This document shows positions 29,399 through 38,865 of a stretch of DNA of 42,675 nt, piece by piece. Both the position numbers and the translations under genes were made by a program. Numbering within the stretch: position 1 is the first letter of the stretch; every line of letters starts with the position of its first letter. The stretch comes from Candidatus Limimonas coprohippi (GTDB lineage Bacteria; Bacillota; Clostridia; Oscillospirales; Acutalibacteraceae). The notes beneath the pieces are model-generated. The model worked only from the letters and a program-made list of their open reading frames with translations. It ran no database searches and was not told the DNA's origin. Where the stretch lies: the NCBI GenBank assembly GCA_018065925.1, contig JAGHSI010000015.1, positions 1 through 42,675 on the forward strand, written 5' to 3'.

Positions 29399-29953
29399 AT
29401 GGAAACTATTATCGCTAAGACAGAAGAAAGAATGGGCAAAGCAGTTGATTCATTAGTACATGATTATGCTGCTATCCGCGCAGGCCGTGCAAATGCAGGT
29501 GTTCTTGATAAGATTATGATTGACTACTATGGTGTACCAACACCAATTCAGCAGGTTGCTGCTATCTCAATTGCAGAAGCTCGTATCCTTGTTATTCAGC
29601 CATGGGATAAGATGATGATTCAGCCAATCGAAAAGGCAATTCAGACATCAGATATCGGTATCAACCCACAGAACGATGGTACTGTTATCCGTCTTATGTT
29701 CCCAGCTCTTACAGAGGATAGACGTAAGGAAATTGCAAAGGATATTGCAAAGCGTGCTGAGGAGGCTAAGGTAGCTGTTCGTAACGTTCGCCGTGACGGT
29801 ATGGAAGAACTTAAGAAACTCAAGAAGGATAATGCCATCACTGAGGATGATCAGAAGATTGGTGAGGACAAGATCCAAAAGGCTACAGATAAGAAAGTCA
29901 AAGAGATTGAAGAGATTGCTTCTGCTAAAGAAAAGGAAGTAATGTCTGTTTAA
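29399..29953 (+). CDS. frr: Ribosome recycling factor
   Basis: 184 aa with IRAGRANAGVLD, DYYG..TP and VRNVRRD motifs. Confidence 0.97.
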   Translation: METIIAKTEERMGKAVDSLVHDYAAIRAGRANAGVLDKIMIDYYGVPTPIQQVAAISIAEARILVIQPWDKMMIQPIEKAIQTSDIGINPQNDGTVIRLMFPALTEDRRKEIAKDIAKRAEEAKVAVRNVRRDGMEELKKLKKDNAITEDDQKIGEDKIQKATDKKVKEIEEIASAKEKEVMSV

Positions 29954-29991
29954 TTTTTCCTAAAACTTAAGTTGACTTTTGTAGGTGTATT

Positions 29992-30013
29992 AGGGGCGAG
30001 ATTCGCCCCTTTG
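29992..30013 (+). terminator. Weak terminator or attenuator between frr and uppS
   Basis: AGGGGCGA-gat-TCGCCCCT 8-bp stem followed only by TTG. Confidence 0.4.
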
Positions 30014-30042
30014 CACCTTAATTTGATATTTGGGGTGAGTGT

Positions 30043-30771
30043 ATGAGTAATTTACCACCTAAAGAGTTTATGCCAAAGCATATTGGCATAATTATGGACG
30101 GCAACGGTCGATGGGCCTCTGAGAGAGGCCTACCTAGAACAGAAGGTCACGTTGCCGGCGCTAAGGTATTTAGAAGAATAAGTGACTACTGTCATGAAAT
30201 CGGTATTGATGTTGTGACCTTCTATGCCTTCTCTACAGAGAACTGGCGTCGTCCACCAACGGAGGTGGCTGCGCTCATGAAGCTTTTCAAAGAAAATTTG
30301 ATAGAGGCGGATGAGATAAAATACGACCGACAAAAGGGAGGATATATTCTTCGCTTTATTGGTGATACTAGCGCCATTCCAAATGAACTTCAGAAGTTGG
30401 TCTCAAAGACACAACTTGACGCTATAGATGAGAATACCACTGTTATAAATATTGCTTTGAATTACGGTGGTAGACAGGAGATTCTTCATTCTGTAAAACA
30501 AATTGCCGAGAGGGTTGAACGAGGAGAACTTAAGGCTTCAAAAATTACTGCGGAAGATATCGCCGCTGGACTTTATACGGCAGGTCAACCTGACCCAGAT
30601 CTTATAATTAGACCGAGCGGGGAACTTAGACTCTCCAATTTTTTGACATACCAATCAGCATATTCAGAACTATATTTTTCAAACGTCCTATGGCCAGATT
30701 TCACAACTGACGATCTGGACGAGGCAATACTTGATTACGCAAAGAGAAATAGACGCTTTGGTGGCGTCTAG
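30043..30771 (+). CDS. uppS: Isoprenyl transferase (undecaprenyl diphosphate synthase)
   Basis: HIGIIMDGNGRWA, FSTENWRRP, IRPSGELRLSNFL and RRFGG motifs. Confidence 0.95.
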   Translation: MSNLPPKEFMPKHIGIIMDGNGRWASERGLPRTEGHVAGAKVFRRISDYCHEIGIDVVTFYAFSTENWRRPPTEVAALMKLFKENLIEADEIKYDRQKGGYILRFIGDTSAIPNELQKLVSKTQLDAIDENTTVINIALNYGGRQEILHSVKQIAERVERGELKASKITAEDIAAGLYTAGQPDPDLIIRPSGELRLSNFLTYQSAYSELYFSNVLWPDFTTDDLDEAILDYAKRNRRFGGV

Positions 30772-30782
30772 AGGAGACTATT

Positions 30783-31631
30783 ATGAAACAAAGAGTTATT
30801 TCGGGAATTGTTCTTGCTATTATTCTTATTGGAACTTGGTACTTCCTTGTTGACACTTTTATTTTTGATGTGCTCTTTGCACTCCTTTCAGCAGGTGCTT
30901 GCTTTGAGCTCACAAGATGTTTTAAACTCCCAAATAAATTTATGCAGGTGGCTGCAATAATCTTCTCTTTTGCAGTATCACTTGGTCTTGTATATCAGTC
31001 ATATTGTCCAGTTAGCGCTGTTATTGTGCTTTATGTAATCTTCCTTGCACTTATGACTGTAGTTAATTATCCAGAAATTAAATTTGAGCATCTTGCTGGC
31101 ACAGTTTATGCATCGCTAGTTATTCCAACGGCATTTACTATGGCACCAATCATTGCTGACCTTTATAAGAGCTACGACTTCATCGATAAGATGGAATGTA
31201 AGTTCTTTGTTTGGCTTGTTGTTGCAGGTTCTCTTTTTACAGATGTATTTGCTCAACTTTCAGGAATGGCCTTTGGCAAACATAAAGTAACACCAAATCT
31301 CTCACCAAAGAAAACTTGGGAGGGTTGTATTGGCGGTGTGATTTGTGCACTTCTTTTAAATCTACTTTGGCTCTTCCTCTATAATAAGTTCTTTGCAACT
31401 CAAGTATTCTCATTGCCAGTTTGGTTCTACTGCTTACTCTCTGTATTTATGTCAGTTGCATCAATGTTTGGTGACTTGATTGCCTCTCTTATCAAGAGAA
31501 ATTATGAGATTAAAGATTATTCAAAACTTATTCCAGGACATGGCGGAATTATGGACCGTTTTGACAGCGTGATTATGGTTATGCCATTGTTCTATGCGAT
31601 GATTACCCTTTATGGAGCGAGTGTGGCTTAA
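30783..31631 (+). CDS. cdsA: Phosphatidate cytidylyltransferase
   Basis: Polytopic membrane protein with the KRNYEIKDYSKLIPGHGGIMDRFDS signature. Confidence 0.9.
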   Translation: MKQRVISGIVLAIILIGTWYFLVDTFIFDVLFALLSAGACFELTRCFKLPNKFMQVAAIIFSFAVSLGLVYQSYCPVSAVIVLYVIFLALMTVVNYPEIKFEHLAGTVYASLVIPTAFTMAPIIADLYKSYDFIDKMECKFFVWLVVAGSLFTDVFAQLSGMAFGKHKVTPNLSPKKTWEGCIGGVICALLLNLLWLFLYNKFFATQVFSLPVWFYCLLSVFMSVASMFGDLIASLIKRNYEIKDYSKLIPGHGGIMDRFDSVIMVMPLFYAMITLYGASVA

Positions 31632-32786
31632 ATGACAGATAAACTTTGTATTCTTGGTTCTACGGGTTCAATAGGTACTCAGGCACTTGATGTTGCCCGT
31701 AAACATAACATAAAAATAACTGCTCTTACTGCTTCATCAAGTGTTGATAAACTTGAGGAGCAGGCGCGTGAATTTAAACCAAATCTTGTTGCTATGCTTG
31801 ATGAAAATGCTGCAAAGGATTTGAAAGTTCGTCTTCAGGATACCGATATTAAAGTACTTTCGGGTATTGGTGGTATCTGTGAATGTGCGCGCGAGGAGTC
31901 GGCTGACACCGTGCTGAACTCGGTTGTTGGCATGGCGGGTCTTGTTCCAACCCTTGACGCTATAGACGAGGGTAAGAACTTAGCCCTTGCCAACAAGGAG
32001 ACACTTGTTGCCGGTGGTCAACTCGTTATGAACGCCGCGCGCGAAAAAGGCATTAACATCTACCCTGTTGATAGTGAGCACTCCGCAATTTTTCAGTGCC
32101 TTCGTGGTGCACCAAAGGATAGAGCACTTAAGAGAATTTTGCTCACAGCATCTGGTGGACCTTTCTTTGGAATGACAAGAGAGGAACTTAAAGATGTAAC
32201 TGCAGAACAGGCACTTAAACATCCGAACTGGGAGATGGGCGCAAAAATCACAATCGACTCTGCGACTATGATGAACAAAGGTCTCGAGGTAATTGAGGCA
32301 TGTTGGCTCTTTGGTGTCTCTCCAGATAAGATTAAGGTTGTTGTTCATAGGGAGAGCATCATTCATAGCGCAGTTGAATTTACTGACAATGCTGTGATTG
32401 CGCAACTTGGTCTTCCTGACATGACAATTCCTATTCAATATGCTCTCACTTATCCTGAGAGAACAGAGTCCCTTGCAGGAGAACTTGATCTTGCAACTCT
32501 TGGAACACTAACCTTTGCTGAACCAGATTATGAGACCTTTGATTGTCTTTCGGTTTGTAAGGAAGCAATCCGTAGAGGCGGACTATATCCTGCTGCTGCA
32601 AATTCAGCAAATGAGCAGGCAAACGCTCTTTTCCGAAAGGGAAAGATTGGCTTCCTTGATATCGGTGAGCTTGTCGGCGAGGCAATGGAGAACTGTGGTA
32701 GAGCGGGTGATTACTCTCTAACAGACGTACTTGAACTTGACAGCGAGGCAAGAGCTTTTGTATCAAGAAATATCAAAAATAGTTAA
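31632..32786 (+). CDS. dxr: 1-deoxy-D-xylulose 5-phosphate reductoisomerase
   Basis: ILGSTGSIGTQ, LANKE, PVDSEHSA and LTASGGPF motifs. The start abuts the cdsA stop. Confidence 0.96.
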   Translation: MTDKLCILGSTGSIGTQALDVARKHNIKITALTASSSVDKLEEQAREFKPNLVAMLDENAAKDLKVRLQDTDIKVLSGIGGICECAREESADTVLNSVVGMAGLVPTLDAIDEGKNLALANKETLVAGGQLVMNAAREKGINIYPVDSEHSAIFQCLRGAPKDRALKRILLTASGGPFFGMTREELKDVTAEQALKHPNWEMGAKITIDSATMMNKGLEVIEACWLFGVSPDKIKVVVHRESIIHSAVEFTDNAVIAQLGLPDMTIPIQYALTYPERTESLAGELDLATLGTLTFAEPDYETFDCLSVCKEAIRRGGLYPAAANSANEQANALFRKGKIGFLDIGELVGEAMENCGRAGDYSLTDVLELDSEARAFVSRNIKNS

Positions 32787-32807
32787 TTGATGAAAGGGTG
32801 AGGTGAA

Positions 32808-33863
32808 ATGCTCGCTGATATTTTTAATACTGTATGGCCAATCTTAGTTGCCATTCTATTTTTCGGCGTGATTATTATGTCACACGAGCTTGGACATTTT
32901 ACTTTTGCCCGTATTTTTAAAGTTAAAATAAATGAGTTTTCTATCGGAATGGGCCCGGCAATTCTTAAAAGACATAAAGGTGATACTGATTATTCATTGA
33001 GACTTTTACCAATTGGTGGATATGTTGCGATGGAGGGAGAGGATGAGGACAGTCCTGATCCCAATTCGTTCAACTCAAAACCATGTTGGCAGAGAGCCAT
33101 TATCATTGTCGCAGGTGCAACTGTAAATATCATCTGCGGTATCATTATTATGGCAATTATCCTTGCTACTTCTGAACTTATTGGCACACCAACAATTGTT
33201 GGATTTGCTGATAATGCTGCAAGCGAGGCGGGCGGTCTCAAAGTTGGCGATAGAATTGTCGCTATTGGAAATGATAAGATTCATACAGAATATGACCTCT
33301 CGTACTTTATGATGAGAGATAAGGATGCTGTTTTAGATTTTGTTGTTGAACGTGATGGAAAACTTACAAATGTTAAATCGGTTAAATTCGATACTGTGGA
33401 GTCTGACGGTTCAACAACAATGGTTTACGACTTTGCCATTGTTGGCATAGAGCCAACATTCAAGAGCGTAACAAAATACGCTTTGCTCGATTCGTTCTCT
33501 ATCGGACGAATCGTATGGCTAAGTCTTTACGACCTTGCAACCATGAGATTTGAACTCAACGATCTCTCGGGTCCAATTGGCACAGTTGATATTATTGCTG
33601 ATACAACAACTGATGCCGTATCGACAATGGACTTTTCAAGACTTCTCACTATTATGGCGCTTATTGCTATTAATATAGGTGTGTTTAATCTCATACCATT
33701 CCCAGCGCTTGATGGTGGACGTTTTCTCTTGATTATTATTGAGGGCATAACTGGTAAAAAGCTTCCTGCAAAAGTGGAAGCTGCAATAAACAATGCAGGC
33801 CTTGCACTTCTTCTTGGCTTGATGGTTGTTGTTACAGTAAATGATATTTCGAAGTTCTTTTAA
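32808..33863 (+). CDS. rseP: RIP (site-2) zinc metalloprotease RseP/RasP
   Basis: HELGHF motif, an internal PDZ segment and FNLIPFPALDGG. Confidence 0.92.
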   Translation: MLADIFNTVWPILVAILFFGVIIMSHELGHFTFARIFKVKINEFSIGMGPAILKRHKGDTDYSLRLLPIGGYVAMEGEDEDSPDPNSFNSKPCWQRAIIIVAGATVNIICGIIIMAIILATSELIGTPTIVGFADNAASEAGGLKVGDRIVAIGNDKIHTEYDLSYFMMRDKDAVLDFVVERDGKLTNVKSVKFDTVESDGSTTMVYDFAIVGIEPTFKSVTKYALLDSFSIGRIVWLSLYDLATMRFELNDLSGPIGTVDIIADTTTDAVSTMDFSRLLTIMALIAINIGVFNLIPFPALDGGRFLLIIIEGITGKKLPAKVEAAINNAGLALLLGLMVVVTVNDISKFF

Positions 33864-33873
33864 GGAGTAGCAT

Positions 33874-34935
33874 ATGGAATTTTCAAAACCTAGAAGAGAA
33901 TGTCGAGAAGTAAATGTCGGCGGAGTAAAAATTGGCGGTGGAGCACCAATAGTAATTCAGTCTATGCTCAATGCCCTCTCGTCTGACATAGAGGGCAATA
34001 TTGCCCAGGCCAAAGCTTTGGAGGCAGCTGGTTGCCAAATTATCCGAATTGCTATTTCTAACAAGGAGGATATCGATTTAATCTATGCGCTCAAGGAGGC
34101 TGTTAGCACTCCTTTGGTTGCTGATATTCATTTTGATTACAGAATTGCACTTGCATCCATTGATGCAGGTATTGATAAAGTAAGAATTAACCCTGGTCAC
34201 ATTGGCGCCCGTGAAAATGTTGAGGCAGTTGTTGATGCATGTAAACGTCGTGGTGTACCTATTCGTATAGGCGTTAATTCGGGCTCTGTTGAGAGAGATT
34301 TGCTTGAAAAATATGGTGGTCCAACTCCAGAAGCAATGGCTCAGAGTGCGCTCAATCATGCCAAGATTTTAGAGGACTGCGACTTTTATGACACGGTTAT
34401 TTCAATCAAGTCATCCGACGTTAGAAATACAATCAACGCATACAGGATTGTCGCAAAGGAGTGCGACTATCCACTTCATCTTGGCGTTACCGAGGCTGGA
34501 ACCGCCTACAATGGACTTATCAAATCGTCCATTGGTATAGGTTCCCTCCTTGCTGATGGTATCGGTGATACCATCAGAGTATCACTTACCGCTGACCCAG
34601 TGGAGGAGATTCGTGCTGCGCACGATATCTTAAAGTGCCTTGATTTGATTGAAAATGAAGCTCAACTTATATCTTGCCCAACCTGTGGCAGGACTCAAAT
34701 TGATTTAATTTCAATCGCAGCAGAGGTTGAGAGTAGGCTTCGCAATGTACACAAGCCAATTAGGGTTGCAGTTATGGGATGCCCTGTAAACGGCCCGGGC
34801 GAGGCGAAAAATGCCGACATAGGCATAGCGGGCGGCAAGGGCTGTGGCCTAATTTTTAAAAAAGGTGAAATAGTAAAGAAGGTTCCAGAAGAGCAATTAA
34901 TTGATGAACTCTTCGCTGAAATAGAGAGGTTATAA
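33874..34935 (+). CDS. ispG: 4-hydroxy-3-methylbut-2-enyl diphosphate synthase
   Basis: Contains IVIQSM, RINPGH-type, ISCPTCGRT and MGCPVNGPGEA motifs. Confidence 0.96.
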   Translation: MEFSKPRRECREVNVGGVKIGGGAPIVIQSMLNALSSDIEGNIAQAKALEAAGCQIIRIAISNKEDIDLIYALKEAVSTPLVADIHFDYRIALASIDAGIDKVRINPGHIGARENVEAVVDACKRRGVPIRIGVNSGSVERDLLEKYGGPTPEAMAQSALNHAKILEDCDFYDTVISIKSSDVRNTINAYRIVAKECDYPLHLGVTEAGTAYNGLIKSSIGIGSLLADGIGDTIRVSLTADPVEEIRAAHDILKCLDLIENEAQLISCPTCGRTQIDLISIAAEVESRLRNVHKPIRVAVMGCPVNGPGEAKNADIGIAGGKGCGLIFKKGEIVKKVPEEQLIDELFAEIERL

Positions 34936-37900
34936 ATGCCAAATTTGGGAAAGAAAAGGATAAATGATATTTTCGGTACACTTTTGAATAGCAATTATCC
35001 TGAGAGTTTTAGATACGCAGAAATAACAGAAATGAAAATAAATAAGCAGACAAGGGAGCTTCGCTTGTCTGCGGTCTGTGCTGCATATTTTGATAAAGCT
35101 GATACAGTATGTGACAGTTTCGAGGAGGTTGTAAAATCTGCCTTGGAACTTGATAAAGTCATGATCAATCTCAGCGTTCCAGAAAAGGAAATTGCACCTT
35201 TGGAGGAGGCTCCTGCCGCCAACCCAATGGAGGCACTCCTTAAAATGCAAGCTGAGGTTGATGCTCAAAACATGATAGATAAGCAAAGGGAAATGGAGGA
35301 ACAGGAGGAGGCAAAGCCTCATCACGTTGAACCTGGCATTCCTCTCTATCTTGAAACTGCCAAGCTTATCTTTGGTCAAAAAATTGGCAAGATGCCAAAG
35401 AAAATAAGTGATGTTCACTACGATGATGGCCGTGTTGCAATTTGGGGCGACGTTTTCGGCCTTGATATTCGTGAAACTCGCGATAAGCGCAAGAAGATTA
35501 TAAACTTTAATATCAAGGATGACACAGGGGCTTATCCAATCAAGGTGTTCCAGCCAATCGCTGATGTTAGGGAACTCTGTGCCAATCTAAATGATGGCAT
35601 GTCGGTTATCATCCTTGGTGACGTAATCTATGACAACTATAAAAAGGAATACATTCTTGACGCCAAGGCTATTGCTAAGGTCAAGAAGATTGTACGTACC
35701 GATGACAGCGAGGAGAAGCGCGTCGAGTTGCACATGCACAGCAACATGTCCATGATGGACGGTATGTCTGATGCGGGCAAACTCGTTGAGCGCGCAGCCC
35801 AGTGGGGTCATCGCGCTGTTGCTATCACTGACCACGGCGTGCTCCAGGGTTACCCTGCAGCATTCCAAGCTGGTCATAAATTTGGTATAAAAGTTATCTA
35901 TGGTGTTGAGTCATATATCTATGATGATGTTAGAGATGGTGCACCACGTGAGTGGGACGACATACTCAAGAGTATCAAGGACCATCAGACGCATACATAT
36001 CACCAAATTATCTTGGTACTTAATAACACGGGCCTTAAAAACCTCTATAAACTCGTTTCTAAGGCTCATACGGAGCACTTTTATCACAGACCAATCACAC
36101 TCAAATCTGACCTCATCGAGCACCGTGAAGGCCTCTTTGTAGGTTCTGCCTGTGAGGCAGGTGAGCTCTATCGTGCGATAGAGGACGGCGAGAGTGAAGA
36201 GAGAATAAAAGAACTTGTTGATTTCTATGATTATTTAGAGATTCAGCCACTTGGAAATAATGCTTTTAAGCTTCGTCCGACTTTTGAGAAGGATAAGGTC
36301 ACAAAGCAGGAGGTACAGGTGCCTCCTCGATATGGTTCAATGCGTGAACTTGAGGATATCAACAGACGCATCTTGTCTCTTGCGATTGATGCGGGCAAGA
36401 TGTGCGTTGCAACCGGCGACGTTCACTTCCTTGAACCAGAGGATGCCAAGTACCGTACCATCCTTATGGCTGGTCAGGGCTATCGCGATGCTGAAATGCA
36501 AGCACCTCTTTATTTCAAAACAACAGACGAGATGCTTGCTGACTTTGCTTACCTTGGCGAGGATATGGCACGCAGAGTAGTTATTGAAAATCCTAATAAG
36601 ATTGCTGATATGGTTGAAAATATTCGACCTGTTCCAGCCGGAAACTTCCCACCATCAATTGATGGTGCGGAACAGGAACTTCAGGATCTCTGCTGGGCAA
36701 AGGCTAAAGATCTTTACGGCGATCCAGTTCCAGAATACGTATCTGAGCGTCTTTCAAAAGAGCTCACATCAATTATTAAAAATGGATTCGCCGTACTTTA
36801 TATGATTGCTCAGAAACTTGTAAAGAATTCTGAGGATCATGGTTATCTCGTTGGTTCACGAGGATCTGTAGGTTCAAGCTTTGTTGCACATGCATCAGGT
36901 ATTTCGGAAGTAAATCCACTTGCACCGCATTATCGCTGCCCAAAGTGTAAATATAATGAATTCTTTTTGGACGGTTCAGTGGGTTCTGGTTATGACCTCC
37001 CACCAAAGGATTGCCCAAAGTGTGGCACTCCTATGGCGCGTGACGGACACGATATCCCGTTTGAAACATTCCTTGGTTTCAAGGGCGACAAATCGCCTGA
37101 TATCGACCTTAACTTCTCTGGTGAATACCAGTCACGCGCACACCGTTACACTATCGAACTCTTTGGCGAGGACCATGTGTTCAAAGCAGGTACGGTTGCA
37201 ACCGTAGCTGATAAGACGGCTTTCGGTTATGCGAAAAAGTATCTTGAAGAACGTGGCATCATGGCAAATTCCGCTGAGGTTCAGCGTCTTACGAACGGTT
37301 GTACAGGTGTTAAGCGTACAACCGGTCAGCACCCTGGCGGAATGGTTGTTGTACCAAATGCCTATGATGTATATGACTTCACTGCCGTTCAGTATCCGGC
37401 CGATGATGCCGATAAGGGAATGATGACAACACATTTCGACTTCCATTTCCTTCACGATACAATTTTGAAACTTGATAATCTCGGACACGATGTTCCGACA
37501 ATGTACAAGTACCTTGAGGATATGACTGGCATTCCAGTTATGAGTGTCGATATCTGTGATCCTAAGCTATATGAACTTTTTACGAGTACAGAACCTCTTG
37601 GCATAAAGCCAGAGGATATCGACAACTGTGAGACGGGTACACTCTCAATTCCAGAGATGGGTACAGGCTTTGTTCGAGGTATGCTTATGGAGTGTAAGCC
37701 AAAGAACTTCTCTGACCTTCTCCAGATTTCTGGTCTGTCCCACGGTACTGATGTATGGCTTGGCAATGCGCAGGAGCTTATCCACAATGGCACCTGCACA
37801 ATTTCAGAGGTTATCGGTACACGTGACAACATAATGGTTGCGCTTATGCATTACGGTCTTGAACCGGATATGGCATTTAAAATTATGGAGATAGTGCGTA

Positions 37901-38535
37901 AAGGTAATGCTACAACCAAGCTTACCGAGGAGCATATCAAAGCAATGAAGGACAACAATGTACCAGATTGGTACATTGACTCTTGCTTTAAGATTAAATA
38001 TATGTTCCCAAAGGCTCATGCCGCAGCATATGTATCAGCTGCACTTCGCCTTGCTTGGTACAAGCTTTATAAACCTATTGAGTACTATGCGACATTCCTT
38101 ACAGTTCGAGGCGAGGACATTGATGCAAGCTCAATTTTGGCAAAGCCAGAGGAACTCTGTGCTAAAATTGCTGATATTAGTGCAAAGCCTAATATGAACA
38201 AGAAAGATGAAAATGAAATCATGTGTCTTCAAGTTGTGCTTGAAATGAAAGCACGAGGTGTAGAGTTCTTGCCGGTTGACCTCTATAAATCTAAGGCAAC
38301 TGTTTACACAATAGAGGACAACAAGATTCGTCTTGCATTTACATCGATTAAGGGTCTTGGTGCATCCGCTGCGACCTCTCTTGAGAAAGCAAAGGATGAC
38401 GGAGAGGGAGCATACCTCTCTATTGATGACCTTCAAAGACGTTCGGGAATCTCATCTGCTGTTGTGGCGTCCCTCAAGGAAATGGGCTCCCTCGAGGGTA
38501 TCCCAGAGAGTAGCCAGATGAGTTTGTTTGGTTGA
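34936..38535 (+). CDS. polC: PolC-type DNA polymerase III alpha subunit, apparently lacking the 3'-5' exonuclease insertion
   Basis: ATG abuts the ispG stop. Collinear with the remembered B. subtilis PolC: OB domain, PHP VELHMHSNMSMMDG / AITDHG, Zn module CPKC..CPKCG, PDIDLNFSGEYQ, KRTTGQHPGG, GLSHGTDVWLGNAQELI, KYMFPKAHAAAYV and C-terminal QMSLFG. It is only 1199 aa, with a ~25-aa linker where the exonuclease domain normally sits. Confidence 0.93.
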   Translation: MPNLGKKRINDIFGTLLNSNYPESFRYAEITEMKINKQTRELRLSAVCAAYFDKADTVCDSFEEVVKSALELDKVMINLSVPEKEIAPLEEAPAANPMEALLKMQAEVDAQNMIDKQREMEEQEEAKPHHVEPGIPLYLETAKLIFGQKIGKMPKKISDVHYDDGRVAIWGDVFGLDIRETRDKRKKIINFNIKDDTGAYPIKVFQPIADVRELCANLNDGMSVIILGDVIYDNYKKEYILDAKAIAKVKKIVRTDDSEEKRVELHMHSNMSMMDGMSDAGKLVERAAQWGHRAVAITDHGVLQGYPAAFQAGHKFGIKVIYGVESYIYDDVRDGAPREWDDILKSIKDHQTHTYHQIILVLNNTGLKNLYKLVSKAHTEHFYHRPITLKSDLIEHREGLFVGSACEAGELYRAIEDGESEERIKELVDFYDYLEIQPLGNNAFKLRPTFEKDKVTKQEVQVPPRYGSMRELEDINRRILSLAIDAGKMCVATGDVHFLEPEDAKYRTILMAGQGYRDAEMQAPLYFKTTDEMLADFAYLGEDMARRVVIENPNKIADMVENIRPVPAGNFPPSIDGAEQELQDLCWAKAKDLYGDPVPEYVSERLSKELTSIIKNGFAVLYMIAQKLVKNSEDHGYLVGSRGSVGSSFVAHASGISEVNPLAPHYRCPKCKYNEFFLDGSVGSGYDLPPKDCPKCGTPMARDGHDIPFETFLGFKGDKSPDIDLNFSGEYQSRAHRYTIELFGEDHVFKAGTVATVADKTAFGYAKKYLEERGIMANSAEVQRLTNGCTGVKRTTGQHPGGMVVVPNAYDVYDFTAVQYPADDADKGMMTTHFDFHFLHDTILKLDNLGHDVPTMYKYLEDMTGIPVMSVDICDPKLYELFTSTEPLGIKPEDIDNCETGTLSIPEMGTGFVRGMLMECKPKNFSDLLQISGLSHGTDVWLGNAQELIHNGTCTISEVIGTRDNIMVALMHYGLEPDMAFKIMEIVRKGNATTKLTEEHIKAMKDNNVPDWYIDSCFKIKYMFPKAHAAAYVSAALRLAWYKLYKPIEYYATFLTVRGEDIDASSILAKPEELCAKIADISAKPNMNKKDENEIMCLQVVLEMKARGVEFLPVDLYKSKATVYTIEDNKIRLAFTSIKGLGASAATSLEKAKDDGEGAYLSIDDLQRRSGISSAVVASLKEMGSLEGIPESSQMSLFG

Positions 38536-38552
38536 TATGAGGAGGAATAATT

Positions 38553-38864
38553 ATGATAGGACTTGGAAAATGGCAACTTGATATCTCTGTCCCAATGCTT
38601 AAGGTTCAACCAATTTTGATCATTGCAGACAACAATGGTAAATATGAATTTACAGTTGACGCAAGCGGCTTTGGCGTTACGCCAGCAATCAATCTTGTCA
38701 ATACTGTAGAAGAGGGCAACACTTTGAAAGTACGTGCGCAGGTACCTATGCTTAACCTTGGTGACATTGAGGGTAAGATTACTTTTGAGGGCGTGCATTG
38801 TACTGGTGAAGTCAATGTCCCAATGCTTGGTAAAATCACCGTCAAAGGTGTGAGAGTAGGTTGA
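38553..38864 (+). CDS. Hypothetical 103-aa protein with three VPML motifs
   Basis: GAGGAGG RBS. It starts 18 nt after the polC stop and ends 1 nt before the next ATG. SVPMLK, QVPMLN and NVPMLG motifs are present. The composition looks beta-rich. No family is recognised. Confidence 0.68.
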   Translation: MIGLGKWQLDISVPMLKVQPILIIADNNGKYEFTVDASGFGVTPAINLVNTVEEGNTLKVRAQVPMLNLGDIEGKITFEGVHCTGEVNVPMLGKITVKGVRVG

Positions 38865-38865
38865 A

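Noticed and set aside
31980-32438. 152-aa minus-strand ORF inside dxr.
   Set aside because: It is a shadow ORF antisense to dxr, with no RBS or recognisable domain.
34930-35418. 162-aa minus-strand ORF over the polC 5' end. Also 38433-38882 and 40210-40662.
   Set aside because: All are antisense to well-supported plus-strand genes, with hydrophobic or low-complexity translations.
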